Assembly (NCBI GenBank): GCA_048320885.1
Contig: JBLWFJ010000001.1
Coordinates: forward strand, 1,349,642 to 1,413,641
DNA length: 64,000 bases
Direction of reading: 5' to 3'
From: Nannocystaceae bacterium ST9
GTDB taxonomy: Bacteria; Myxococcota_A; Polyangia; Nannocystales; Nannocystaceae
Shown: positions 1-8,175 of the stretch, piece by piece
Layout of the letters: the number at the start of each line of letters is the position of its first letter
Position numbering within the stretch: position 1 is the stretch's first letter
The notes under the pieces: model-generated
The model's database searches: none
What the model saw: only the letters and a program-made list of their open reading frames with translations
Told to the model about the DNA's origin: nothing
Program-made: the position numbers and the translations under genes

Positions 1-1
1 T

Positions 2-382
2 CAGCTCGGTGACGTCGAGGTTGATGACGTAGTTCTCGTACATCCGCCGGGCCTTCTTGAGGTGCTCGACGTCGTTCGAGAGGTCGTACCAGCGCGTGTA
101 GGCCTGGCCGAGATCGAAGAGCAGCGCGGGCTCCTGCGAGAGCTGGTAGGCGCGCTCGAAGTGGCCGATCGCCTGCTCGTAGTTGCCGAGCGCGTAGGCG
201 TCGCTGGCCAGCCGATACTCGGCCTTGGCCGCCTCGAGATCGATCTCGGCTTCGCCCTCGCCTTCCGCGGCACCGCCCCCACTCGCGGGCGCCTGCTCGA
301 TCGCCCAAGGGCTGAGCGCGCGCGCGTCGAAGGGGGCCATCGACAGGGCGAGGATCGTCACCGCGGCGATCAGTTGGCGCAC
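2..382 (-). CDS. secreted helical-repeat (TPR-like) protein; 3' end lies beyond the left window edge
   Basis: The reverse frame stays open to position 2, so it is absent from the stop-bounded ORF track. GTG at 382-380 is followed by signal-like VRQLIAAVTILALSMAPFDARA. G/C third positions are strong. TPR-like text: ASDAYALGNYEQAIGHFERAYQLSQEPALLFDLGQAY. The start overlaps the upstream stop by 13 nt. Confidence 0.5.
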   Translation of the reverse strand, partial: MRQLIAAVTILALSMAPFDARALSPWAIEQAPASGGGAAEGEGEAEIDLEAAKAEYRLASDAYALGNYEQAIGHFERAYQLSQEPALLFDLGQAYTRWYDLSNDVEHLKKARRMYENYVINLDVTEL

Positions 383-1344
383 GTGAACCAACCCTCGGGC
401 GTCATCCCACAGCCGTTCGTGCAGCCGCTGATCACGACCTTGCCCTGAAAGCAGAGGTGCAGCTCGTTGCCGAAGCAGCCCAGTTGCTCGCCGACGCAGT
501 CGGGAGCCGCGATCGGCTGACAGGCGCAGGCCGCATCCCCGATCCCGCCGCAAGCGTCGACCGGCGCCCCGACGCCCAGGCAGATGTCGCCACAGACCGA
601 GGGGAAGAGGTCGGTCGACTCGAGCTGCATCTGATCGTTGCAGAGCAGCGGGATGCCGGCGTCTTCGGGCTCGGGCGCGCCCGAACAGTAGAAGCCGAAC
701 AGCACCTCGCAGTCGTCGCCGGGCTTGGGTCCAGGCGGATCGCCGGAGGTGTCGGTGGTCTCGCTCGTGTCGGTCGTGTCGGTCGAGGTGTCGAGCGTGT
801 CGCTCGACGACGAGTCCATCGTGTCGCTCGACGACGTGTCGACGTCGTCGCTCGACGTGTCGAGCGTGTCGCTCGACGACGAGTCCAGCGTGGTCTCGAC
901 CGACTCGCCCGACTCGGTGCCCTCGCCGATCAGCTCGGCGCAGTCGGCCGCGAGCTCGCCGAGCACCAAGACCTCGCCGGCATCGGGCACGCCGACCTCG
1001 TCGTAGACCGCGATCGCGTCGGCCTCGGCGATCGGCCCCGCGGCTGGCTCGACGAACCACCCGACCCGAAAGCGGGCTCGCTCGACGTCGCCATGCTTGC
1101 GATAGCCGACCGTCGCGTAGCCGTCGGCGAAGGTGCTGGCCGCGATGTCGTCGAAGGGCACTTCGAAGGTCTCGACCACCGTGCCCTCGCCGTCGTAGCC
1201 GGTGATCTCGACGGTGACCGACTGCGGCTCGATGCCCGCGAACTCGCAGGGGTAGAGTCGGAGCTCGACGAGTTCTTCGGCCCGGCAGCCTGGGAGGGCG
1301 CCAGGCAGCGCGAGCGCGAGCAGTAGGGCCCTGAACCGGCTCAT
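370..1344 (-). CDS. lipoprotein with acidic Ser/Thr/Asp linker and Cys-rich C-terminal domain
   Basis: ORF 370..1560 trimmed to ATG 1344: MSRFRALLLALALPGALPGC (signal plus lipobox). ATGA overlap with the upstream stop. Linker DSSSSDTLDTSSDDVDTSSSDTMDSSSSDTLDTSTDTTDTSETTDTSGD, then a ~110-aa tail with 14 Cys. Confidence 0.8.
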   Translation of the reverse strand: MSRFRALLLALALPGALPGCRAEELVELRLYPCEFAGIEPQSVTVEITGYDGEGTVVETFEVPFDDIAASTFADGYATVGYRKHGDVERARFRVGWFVEPAAGPIAEADAIAVYDEVGVPDAGEVLVLGELAADCAELIGEGTESGESVETTLDSSSSDTLDTSSDDVDTSSSDTMDSSSSDTLDTSTDTTDTSETTDTSGDPPGPKPGDDCEVLFGFYCSGAPEPEDAGIPLLCNDQMQLESTDLFPSVCGDICLGVGAPVDACGGIGDAACACQPIAAPDCVGEQLGCFGNELHLCFQGKVVISGCTNGCGMTPEGWFTCAN

Positions 1345-2633
1345 CGCGAGTCTCGAAGCGAGCGCAACTCTACCAGGCCCGGGCCGAACTCGACACGGAC
1401 CAGGTGGGGGTGCGCCCAGCCGAGCTCGATCGTCCGGGCCTTCGACCCGCTGAACACCTCGATCAACCAACGGCACCAGCCGGGGTGCGGAGCGTCGTTC
1501 CCCGAGCGCGCGGGCTCGAAGCGCACCCACATCCAAGGCAGCTTGTGACGTAGGCTCCACTGCTTGGCGAACTCCCGCATCTGCCGGGCCACCGCGCGCT
1601 GGTTGACGTCGCTGAGGTAGGCCGTGACGTAGGTGTTGTAGGCGATCACCGGGGCGACCGGGTGATCGGGCAGCGCCGATTGGAGGAAGTCGACGAGCTC
1701 GTCGGGCAGCTCCATCGTGCGCAGCTCGGCTGGGACCAGGCTGCGCTCGCGCACGTGGCGGCGATGGACCTCGATGCCCTCGCGCATCCGCTCGAGCCGA
1801 CGTCGCTGATCGCCCCAGACACAGGCTTCGAGGGTGACCTCGGCGTCCGGCTTGCCGAGATCGATCGGGTTGATGTCACCGCCGACCCGCCGCAGCACCT
1901 CGGGTCCGGCTCGCTCGGCCTCGCCGAATTCCTCGAGCGCCGGCTGGGGCCCGCTGCACGGGATCAAGAAGGGCTCGCGCTGACCGCCCTTGCGCGGGTC
2001 GAAGCCACGCCCGAGCCGCAGTCGCGCGCTGCGGCTCCACGCGAGTTCGAACGCACGCTGCTCGGCGTAGAGATTGAGCCCCGCCGCGCATCCGAGCTCG
2101 ACGAGGTACACGGCCTCCGCCCCAACGCACACGGCCGGCAACAACCAAGCGATCCCCCGCGAGGTCTCGTTGCTCTGCACCCGCCAGGTCTTGGCCCGCT
2201 GGAAGAGCTCGTCGCCGAGCCGCTCGGCGGCCCGCAAGAGTCGACCCGCGAACTCGGCATCGAAGGGATCGCGCGCGTCCGGCCCGTCGCCCTCCGGCAC
2301 GGTCGTGTAGTAGGGCCGCAGCTCGACCACGCGCGGGTCGTTTTGCAGCACGTACCAGTGCAGGCAGGCGTGGAGGCGCAAGGTCGGCTCGAGATCGTTG
2401 ATCCACGCGCCTTCGAGGCTGGGGTCGCCGACTTCGAGCAGATCGACCACGCGCTCGGCCGCACGCTGGACCGCCTCGGGGTTGCCGAGCTCGCGCCCTC
2501 GTGCGTCGGGATCGCTCAACCAGCCGACGACCTGCTCGAGCAGAGCGGCGGTCAACGGCGAATAGCCTCGCACGAACAACGCTTGGAGGCGAAGGCTCGA
2601 GCAGTGTCGGTCCCATGCCGGGTCGCGCGGCAT
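1341..2633 (-). CDS. DUF2332-family protein (function unknown)
   Basis: ORF 1341..2858 trimmed to ATG 2633 (MPRDPAWDRH...). Texts GYSPLTAALLEQV, VELGCAAGLNLY and GGDINPIDL...EACVWGDQRRRLERM match my recollection of DUF2332. Divergent from the aminotransferase across a 161-bp spacer. Confidence 0.65.
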   Translation of the reverse strand: MPRDPAWDRHCSSLRLQALFVRGYSPLTAALLEQVVGWLSDPDARGRELGNPEAVQRAAERVVDLLEVGDPSLEGAWINDLEPTLRLHACLHWYVLQNDPRVVELRPYYTTVPEGDGPDARDPFDAEFAGRLLRAAERLGDELFQRAKTWRVQSNETSRGIAWLLPAVCVGAEAVYLVELGCAAGLNLYAEQRAFELAWSRSARLRLGRGFDPRKGGQREPFLIPCSGPQPALEEFGEAERAGPEVLRRVGGDINPIDLGKPDAEVTLEACVWGDQRRRLERMREGIEVHRRHVRERSLVPAELRTMELPDELVDFLQSALPDHPVAPVIAYNTYVTAYLSDVNQRAVARQMREFAKQWSLRHKLPWMWVRFEPARSGNDAPHPGWCRWLIEVFSGSKARTIELGWAHPHLVRVEFGPGLVELRSLRDSR

Positions 2634-2794
2634 GTCGTCCCTGTACCACCAATGTCCCGCATTCCCAACTGCCGCGTCGTCCACGTGACCGACGACCACT
2701 GGTCTTTTCTGCACCGTGAATGCGATTCGAATAGCGCCTGACCCGCGGACGATGGCTTGCGGGGTGAGGGGAGTTCTGAAACCATCCCCCGACC

Positions 2795-3967
2795 GTGAAG
2801 GGCCGGTTGCGACCTGTCGACTATCTGGGCTGGGCGCTGACCGTCCCTGCCCAGGCACGTTTCGACCTCACGGGCAGCGGTGTCCCGGACACCTGCGGAC
2901 CGGGGTCGCTGGTCGGCCGCGAAGGGGTCGGCGAGGACGAGCCGCCCGGGTTGCCCGGTCCGGACTGGGCCCCCGATCTCGCGCTCGCCGATCTCTGCCG
3001 CCGCGATCATCGACCCGAGCTCCACGCCGACTTCCTGCGGGTGGTGGCCGCCCGCTACGGCGTCGCGCCGGAGTGCGTGGTCCCGACGCTGGGCGCCAGC
3101 CAAGCCATCCCGCACGTGCTCTTCGCCCTCGCCCGCCCTGGCGATCACGTGATCGTCGAGCGCCCGACCTACGAACCGCTGCACCGCGTCCCGGAAATGT
3201 TGGGGCTCTCGGTGTCGAGGCTCGAGCGAAAGATCGAGGAGGGTTGGAGTCCGCTCCCCGATCGACTCGCTCGCCTGCTCACGCCCAAGACCCGGGCCGT
3301 GATCCTGACCAACCTCCACAACCCCACGGGCGTCGCCATGCGGACCGAGACCCTGGTCGCGATTGGCGAGATGGCCGCGCGAGTCGGAGCCGCGGTGCTG
3401 GTCGACGAGGTCTACCTCGACTTCGCGTTCGACTCGTCGGGCGAGACCCAGCCCTGGCGACCCGCGGCGGTCGCGATCGACAACGGCGTGAGCTGGTCGT
3501 CGACCACCAAGTGCTTCGGGTTCTCGGCCTTGCGCGCCGGCTGGGTCGTCACCCGCGACCTCGAGCTCGCTCAGGCCCTGCGTGCGTCCGCGCTCTATTT
3601 TCATGTCGACACTCCCCTGGCCTCGCTCGCCTTGGCCACGCGTGTGATGCGACACGCACCCGAGTTGGCGGCCCGCGCCAACCGATCGATCGAGCGTGTG
3701 AGAACGGTCGTCGATCGCTGGATCGCGAGCGAGCCCCGTGTGACCTGGATCCCACCCTCCGCGGGCCAGACCGGCCTCGTCCGCCTGCCCGATCTCATGC
3801 AGGACCTCGTGTTCGCCCAGCACCTGCGCGAGCGCTACGACACCCAAGTCGTCCCCGGCGCAATGTTCGAAGCCCCCGGCGCCGTCCGGCTGAGCTTCAA
3901 CCTCCCGCTCGAGGTGCTCGAGCAAGCGCTCGCAAATTTCTCCGCCGCGCTGGATGACTTGGCATGA
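2795..3967 (+). CDS. PLP-dependent aminotransferase, class I/II
   Basis: GTG start, 390 aa. Motifs LTNLHNPTGV and VLVDEVYLDF, plus the PLP-lysine motif SSTTKCFG. Confidence 0.85.
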   Translation: MKGRLRPVDYLGWALTVPAQARFDLTGSGVPDTCGPGSLVGREGVGEDEPPGLPGPDWAPDLALADLCRRDHRPELHADFLRVVAARYGVAPECVVPTLGASQAIPHVLFALARPGDHVIVERPTYEPLHRVPEMLGLSVSRLERKIEEGWSPLPDRLARLLTPKTRAVILTNLHNPTGVAMRTETLVAIGEMAARVGAAVLVDEVYLDFAFDSSGETQPWRPAAVAIDNGVSWSSTTKCFGFSALRAGWVVTRDLELAQALRASALYFHVDTPLASLALATRVMRHAPELAARANRSIERVRTVVDRWIASEPRVTWIPPSAGQTGLVRLPDLMQDLVFAQHLRERYDTQVVPGAMFEAPGAVRLSFNLPLEVLEQALANFSAALDDLA

Positions 3968-3976
3968 GCTCCAATA

Positions 3977-4001
3977 GGGAGGCCGCGCCGCGCGGCCTCC
4001 C
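3977..4001 (+). terminator. GC-rich hairpin after the aminotransferase stop (outer end of the left arm)
   Basis: GGGAGGCCG-cgccgcg-CGGCCTCCC starts 10 nt after the TGA at 3965-3967. A second hairpin, CCTCAGCTCGC..GCGAGCTGAGG, follows. No U-tract. Confidence 0.4.
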
Positions 4002-4158
4002 CCTCAGCTCGCTCCGCGAGCTGAGGAACCCCCTCCATGCGACCCTGCCTACGTGGGGCATTGCGTGGTTCCCCTGCTCGGGCCGTCTCGCCCTCGCGGG
4101 GAATGGACAACGGGTTCGGCTTCGCCTCCCCTCGCTCCCTGCTTCGGCGAGATCCCTT

Positions 4159-4316
4159 CGCCGAAGCAGAACCAACCTGCGCCGAAGCAGAACCAACCTG
4201 CGCCGAAGCAGAACCAAACTGCGCCGAAGCAGAACCAGCCTGCGCCGAAGCAGAACCAAACTGCGCCGAAGCAGAACCAAACTGCGCCGAAGCAGAACCA
4301 AACTGCGCCGAAGCAA
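4159..4316. repeat. 21-bp tandem repeat, 7 full plus 1 partial copies
   Basis: Head-to-tail units CGCCGAAGCAGAACCA(A/G)(A/C)CTG start at 4159, 4180, 4201, 4222, 4243, 4264 and 4285, with a partial unit at 4306. There are no spacers, so this is not a CRISPR array. Confidence 0.9.
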
Positions 4317-4462
4317 ACGACCCTCCGCCGAAGCGAGCAAGGGGAGCGAAGCGAACCCGCTGTCCATTCCCCGCGAGGGCGAGACGGCCCGAGCAGGGGA
4401 ACCACGCAATACCCCAAGTAGGCAGAGCCGCGTGGAGGGGGTTCCTCGAGCGAAGCTCGAGG

Positions 4463-4485
4463 GGGAGGCCGGCGGACGGCCTCCC
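4463..4485 (-). terminator. GC-rich hairpin after the OMP gene stop (outer end of the right arm)
   Basis: GGGAGGCCG-gcggac-GGCCTCCC mirrors the hairpin at 3977-4001 and lies 11 nt downstream of the minus-strand stop at 4496. Confidence 0.4.
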
Positions 4486-4495
4486 TATTTCAGCC

Positions 4496-5239
4496 TCAGA
4501 ACCGCCACTCGACGATCAGCGGCAAGATCTGGATCGGCAGCGAGAACGCCGGATCCTTGTCGATCCCCTGGTTCGGCGGATGGTTGCGGTGGATCATCAG
4601 GCTCGGCCGAAATTCGACGTCGAGGCCGATCGCAAGCTCGCGCAGCAGGAAGAGCCGCAGGCCGACGCCGGCTTGGAAGCCGAGGGTCCAGCTGAGCTCG
4701 CGGCTCTGCTCGCGGGTGCCGTAGAGGTTCGGGTACTTCCAGAATCCGCCGGCCAGGCCGCCGCGGAAGATCGGGACCAGGAAGGGCGCCTTCTCGATGT
4801 AGAGCTTGTAGGTGTAGCCCAGCCAGACGTCGGCGCCGGCGACCGTGCCGGCGTCGCAGGTGCCGGTCTGGTTGTCCATGCCACACGAGGGCATGCGGAA
4901 GTCCTTGTACCCACCGCGATCGAAGAGCCCGGCGACGCCGATGTGAACCCAGTGCGCGCGGTGGATCTGGCGGTCGTACTGGATCCCGATCCGACCGCGC
5001 GGGACGTAGCCGACGATCCCGACCTGAACGGGCGCGAGCAGCGAGATCGCGTTGCCTCCGTACACGAAGTCCGGCAGCTTGAACCCGGTGTCCTGGCTCG
5101 AGGGGTTGGGCTTGCTGGCCCCGCTCGTCGGCGGCCCGGCGAGCGCCTCCGGGGCGAGCGCGAGCAGGATCATCGCGACGAGCAGAGGAAGGATCCGCTG
5201 GGCACGGGCTCGAAGTGGACGGGGGAGCGGACGTGACAT
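4496..5239 (-). CDS. outer-membrane beta-barrel protein
   Basis: Signal peptide MSRPLPRPLRARAQRILPLLVAMILLALAPEALA. Alternating hydrophobic beta-strand text. C-terminus ...LPLIVEWRF ends in an aromatic residue. Confidence 0.7.
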   Translation of the reverse strand: MSRPLPRPLRARAQRILPLLVAMILLALAPEALAGPPTSGASKPNPSSQDTGFKLPDFVYGGNAISLLAPVQVGIVGYVPRGRIGIQYDRQIHRAHWVHIGVAGLFDRGGYKDFRMPSCGMDNQTGTCDAGTVAGADVWLGYTYKLYIEKAPFLVPIFRGGLAGGFWKYPNLYGTREQSRELSWTLGFQAGVGLRLFLLRELAIGLDVEFRPSLMIHRNHPPNQGIDKDPAFSLPIQILPLIVEWRF

Positions 5240-5283
5240 CGGACGCGACCGAATAAACCACGGGCTGCTATGCTTGGCCAGCC

Positions 5284-5913
5284 GTGTACCCCCTGTTCCT
5301 GCTCGCCGTGCTCACGGTGCTCACGCTCGGACTGGCCCAGCGCCTCGGCCTGCTGGGCGACACGACCCTGATGATCGGGGCCTCGCTGCTCGGCGGCGTG
5401 ACCTTCCTTTCCGTTCACCCCGACCTCGACTGGATCGGCGAAGAACCGCAAGATCAGACCTGCGGACTCGAAGGCGAAGACGAGCTGGCGATCCGGGTCG
5501 AGCGAATTTCGGTCGATGACGCGCAGGCATTGCTGGGCGACGAGACCGTGACCTTCGTCGACGCTCGCAGCGGCGACGACTACGTGGCGGCGCACATCCC
5601 CGGCGCCGTGAGCCTGCCGGCCAGCGACGCGGCCGGGATCCTCGAGATCCAGTCGGTGCCGATCCTGCCCGAGGGGCAGGTCATCACCTACTGCAACGGT
5701 GGCGCCTGCGAGCAGTCCGAGTACCTCGGCGTGCTGCTGCGCGACCGCGAGGTCTGCAAGCAGGTCATGGTGCTCGAGGGCGGCTGGGCGGCGTGGGTCG
5801 AGGCCGCGGCGCCGACGGTCAGCGGCGAGGGCCAAGATGGATCGATCTCGGTCGACGTCGCGAACCCGAGCCCGAGCGAGCCCTGCGAGCCGAGCGAGGC
5901 GGTGCGCGGATGA
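5284..5913 (+). CDS. membrane-anchored rhodanese-domain protein
   Basis: GTG start. Two N-terminal hydrophobic helices, then rhodanese text ISVDDAQALLGDETVTFVDARSGDDYVAAHIPGAVSLP...ITYCNGGACEQS (active-site Cys loop). Confidence 0.8.
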   Translation: MYPLFLLAVLTVLTLGLAQRLGLLGDTTLMIGASLLGGVTFLSVHPDLDWIGEEPQDQTCGLEGEDELAIRVERISVDDAQALLGDETVTFVDARSGDDYVAAHIPGAVSLPASDAAGILEIQSVPILPEGQVITYCNGGACEQSEYLGVLLRDREVCKQVMVLEGGWAAWVEAAAPTVSGEGQDGSISVDVANPSPSEPCEPSEAVRG

Positions 5914-6374
5914 CCACGCTCGACACGACCTCGAAGGATCCCGAGTGGATGCGCGCGGCCGGCTGGATCGGTCGCTTGGTCGCGGGCGGCGTGTTCGTGT
6001 ACGCGGGCGGGCTCAAGCTGCTCGACCCGGCCGCGTTCGCGCAGGACATCGGCAACTATCAGGCCTTCCCCTGGTGGACCTGGAACCTCGCCGCCGCGGT
6101 CGTGCCGATCGCCGAGATCCTCGCCGGGCTCGCCCTGATCAGCGGCATCAAGCGGCGCGCCGGCGCGATCGTGCTCGGCTCGCTGACGGTCGCGTTCCTC
6201 GGCTTGATCGCCTCGGTGATCGTCCGCGGCATCGACTTGAACTGCGGCTGCTTCGGCGACGCGGCCGAGGCCAGCGCCGTCGGCTGGCCGCTCTTCTTCC
6301 GCGATCTCGCGCTGCTGGTCGCGATCGTCGCGGCCTACCTGCCGGCCGAGGCTCGCTCTTCGACCACGCCCTGA
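5910..6374 (+). CDS. MauE/DoxX-family redox-associated membrane protein
   Basis: ORF 5793..6374 trimmed to ATG 5910 (ATGA overlap with the rhodanese stop). Four TM helices and an LNCGCFG motif. The rhodanese-MauE pairing is common. Confidence 0.75.
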   Translation: MTTLDTTSKDPEWMRAAGWIGRLVAGGVFVYAGGLKLLDPAAFAQDIGNYQAFPWWTWNLAAAVVPIAEILAGLALISGIKRRAGAIVLGSLTVAFLGLIASVIVRGIDLNCGCFGDAAEASAVGWPLFFRDLALLVAIVAAYLPAEARSSTTP

Positions 6375-7354
6375 GCGTCCTCGGCCAGCGCCGCCGACTC
6401 GACCCGCGCAGCCGACTCAGACGCCGGCTCGGCCACCGGAGGGGGCCGGCCGATCAGGCTCCGCGCACGCGACCCGAGATCCCGCGCGAGCTTGGTCAGC
6501 GCGGCATAGTCGGAGTCCGACAAGAGCAGCATCTCCGCGCCGATCATGATCACCGCGAAGCTGTTGAGCCCCATGAACGAGAAGATCCCGAGGTGGAAGG
6601 AGATCGCACAGATCACCGCCACCCGACGCGGCCACGGCTTGCCGAAGAAGTAGACCCAGGGGAACGCGAGTTGGAGCATCAGCGGGGCCCAGGTCATCAG
6701 GCCGAGCAGGTAGCGGTTGTTCCAGATCAGCGCCCCGAACCCGGTCATGCCGAAGTCCTCCGAGGCGAGCACGTAGTAGAACGCCGTGCCGTTCTGCCAG
6801 TACTTGCCCGGCACCTTGGCGATGCCGGCGGTGAAGTACATGATCGAGATCTGGATCGCGCAGGCCAAGAGCGCGGCGTTGTGCAGCGTGATCCGAGTCC
6901 GCGACATCGGCTTGCCCTGGGCCGGCGAGTTCCACAGGTCGGCGAAGATCGCGAAGATCATGATGATCTCGGCCAGGTTGTCGCCGCCGTCCCAGAGCGC
7001 CGGACAGCGTGCATGCAGGCTGTGGACGACCCACCAGGCCAAGAGCGTTCCGACGTGGCCGCCCAAGCCGACGGTCCACAGGCCGAGCACGACCAGACCG
7101 GCGAGGTACCCGAACCACTGCCAGGCGTTGCTCCCGGACAGCGCCATGTACGAGTAGTGGATCCGGCCGAAGCTGGCGGCGAAGCCATCGTAGGGAAAGA
7201 TCGACCCCGGGCCCATCAACAGGTCGAACTGGCCGATGAGCATCGTCAACTGCAAGAGCAGCGCGGTGCCGACGATGACGCGGAACAGCACCGCGCCCCG
7301 GAGTTGGCGAGGCTCCTCGCTGAAGGAGTCCAAGACACGCGTGATTTCATTCAT
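6335..7354 (-). CDS. HTTM-domain (vitamin-K gamma-carboxylase-like) polytopic membrane protein
   Basis: 339 aa, multi-TM. N-terminal text LRGAVLFRVIVGTALLLQL, plus ...HARCPALWDGGDNLAEIIMIFAIFADLW... and ...NGTAFYYVLASEDFG... fit HTTM as I recall it. 8-nt overlap with the upstream DUF5819-like gene. Confidence 0.75.
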   Translation of the reverse strand: MNEITRVLDSFSEEPRQLRGAVLFRVIVGTALLLQLTMLIGQFDLLMGPGSIFPYDGFAASFGRIHYSYMALSGSNAWQWFGYLAGLVVLGLWTVGLGGHVGTLLAWWVVHSLHARCPALWDGGDNLAEIIMIFAIFADLWNSPAQGKPMSRTRITLHNAALLACAIQISIMYFTAGIAKVPGKYWQNGTAFYYVLASEDFGMTGFGALIWNNRYLLGLMTWAPLMLQLAFPWVYFFGKPWPRRVAVICAISFHLGIFSFMGLNSFAVIMIGAEMLLLSDSDYAALTKLARDLGSRARSLIGRPPPVAEPASESAARVESAALAEDAQGVVEERASAGR

Positions 7355-8165
7355 GGAAGTCGACCTCGGTCGGAGTCGGCGACGCGATCGGACCCGCTGG
7401 TTCCGTCAGCCCGGCTGCTTTCTGTTCGAAGTAGAGATCGAGGTACTCGCGGGCGCGGACATCGAGATCCTCGATCTCGGCGGGCCGCAGCCACGGCACG
7501 CTGACCGCGGTCGGCTCCTCGACGTGGTCGGGATCGTTGCGGTACGAATAGGGCGTGATCTTGCGGGTGACGATCCGGTAGCGGATGCGATCGACCTCGC
7601 CGACGCCATCCTGCCGACAGTAGTGCCAGATCAGGTGGTAGGCCGTGCGGCTCGAGGCGATGTTCTCGGCGACCTTGTGGGCGATCAGATCGTTGATCGC
7701 GTCGCGCTGCTCGGGCGGGGCCTCGTCGAGGCTGGCGATCAACTGATCGAGCAGGACGTCTTGACCGCCCAAGGTCGCGAGCACCGCGGCTTGCTCGATC
7801 CGGCGCAGGCGACCGGCGGGCCCGAAGCGGCGCCCCGCGTGGCTCTCGAGCAGCTCGTCGCCGCGGCTCAGCCACTCGGTCTCGACGCCGTCGCGATCGC
7901 ACTGGTAGTCGAGCCGGCGATCGAGCAGCGGCGGATCGGGGGCGAACAGAGTCCAGCGCTGACGGAAGAGCGGCTCGAGGTACGCGAGCGCCTCGTTGCG
8001 CCAGTGCAGACCGACGACGCTGACCGAGTTGAGATAGACGGCCGTGATCGTGAAGTGCACGGTCAAGACCGCCAAGCAGGCGACCGTCAGCGCTCGCGTG
8101 CGCCACGAGGGGGCCGCGAGCTGGGGTGGATTCGACGCGACTCGGGGATCGGGTTGGCTCGACAT
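7347..8165 (-). CDS. DUF5819/SdpA-like partner of the HTTM protein
   Basis: 272 aa with one N-terminal TM (ALTVACLAVLTVHFTITAVYL). The motif FRQRWTLFAPDPP matches what I recall for DUF5819 proteins encoded next to bacterial HTTM genes. The call rests partly on position and needs an HMM check. Confidence 0.6.
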   Translation of the reverse strand: MSSQPDPRVASNPPQLAAPSWRTRALTVACLAVLTVHFTITAVYLNSVSVVGLHWRNEALAYLEPLFRQRWTLFAPDPPLLDRRLDYQCDRDGVETEWLSRGDELLESHAGRRFGPAGRLRRIEQAAVLATLGGQDVLLDQLIASLDEAPPEQRDAINDLIAHKVAENIASSRTAYHLIWHYCRQDGVGEVDRIRYRIVTRKITPYSYRNDPDHVEEPTAVSVPWLRPAEIEDLDVRAREYLDLYFEQKAAGLTEPAGPIASPTPTEVDFHE

Positions 8166-8175
8166 GACTCTCGGC

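Larger units (their letters stand above)
3973..4489. repeat. composite palindromic element: ~175-bp inverted-repeat arms flanking a 21-bp tandem array
   Basis: The left arm (~3973-4150) matches the reverse complement of the right arm (~4325-4489) with scattered mismatches and indels. Mirrored ORFs 4053..4421(+) and 4049..4417(-) start MGHCVVPLLGPSRPRGEWT and MGYCVVPLLGPSRPRGEWT. The element fills the gap between two convergent genes. Confidence 0.85.

Noticed and set aside
4159-4316. Possible CRISPR array, because of regularly spaced identical 21-mers.
   Set aside because: The units are directly abutting with no spacers, there are no cas genes in the window, and the array is embedded in a palindrome. 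It is a simple tandem repeat.
4037-5236. 399-aa ORF encoding AEAEPTC/AEAEPNC heptad repeats.
   Set aside because: The repeat text is just one frame of the 21-bp tandem DNA repeat. The remainder is antisense to the OMP gene. The mirrored ORFs on both strands show that the signal is a DNA palindrome, not a protein.
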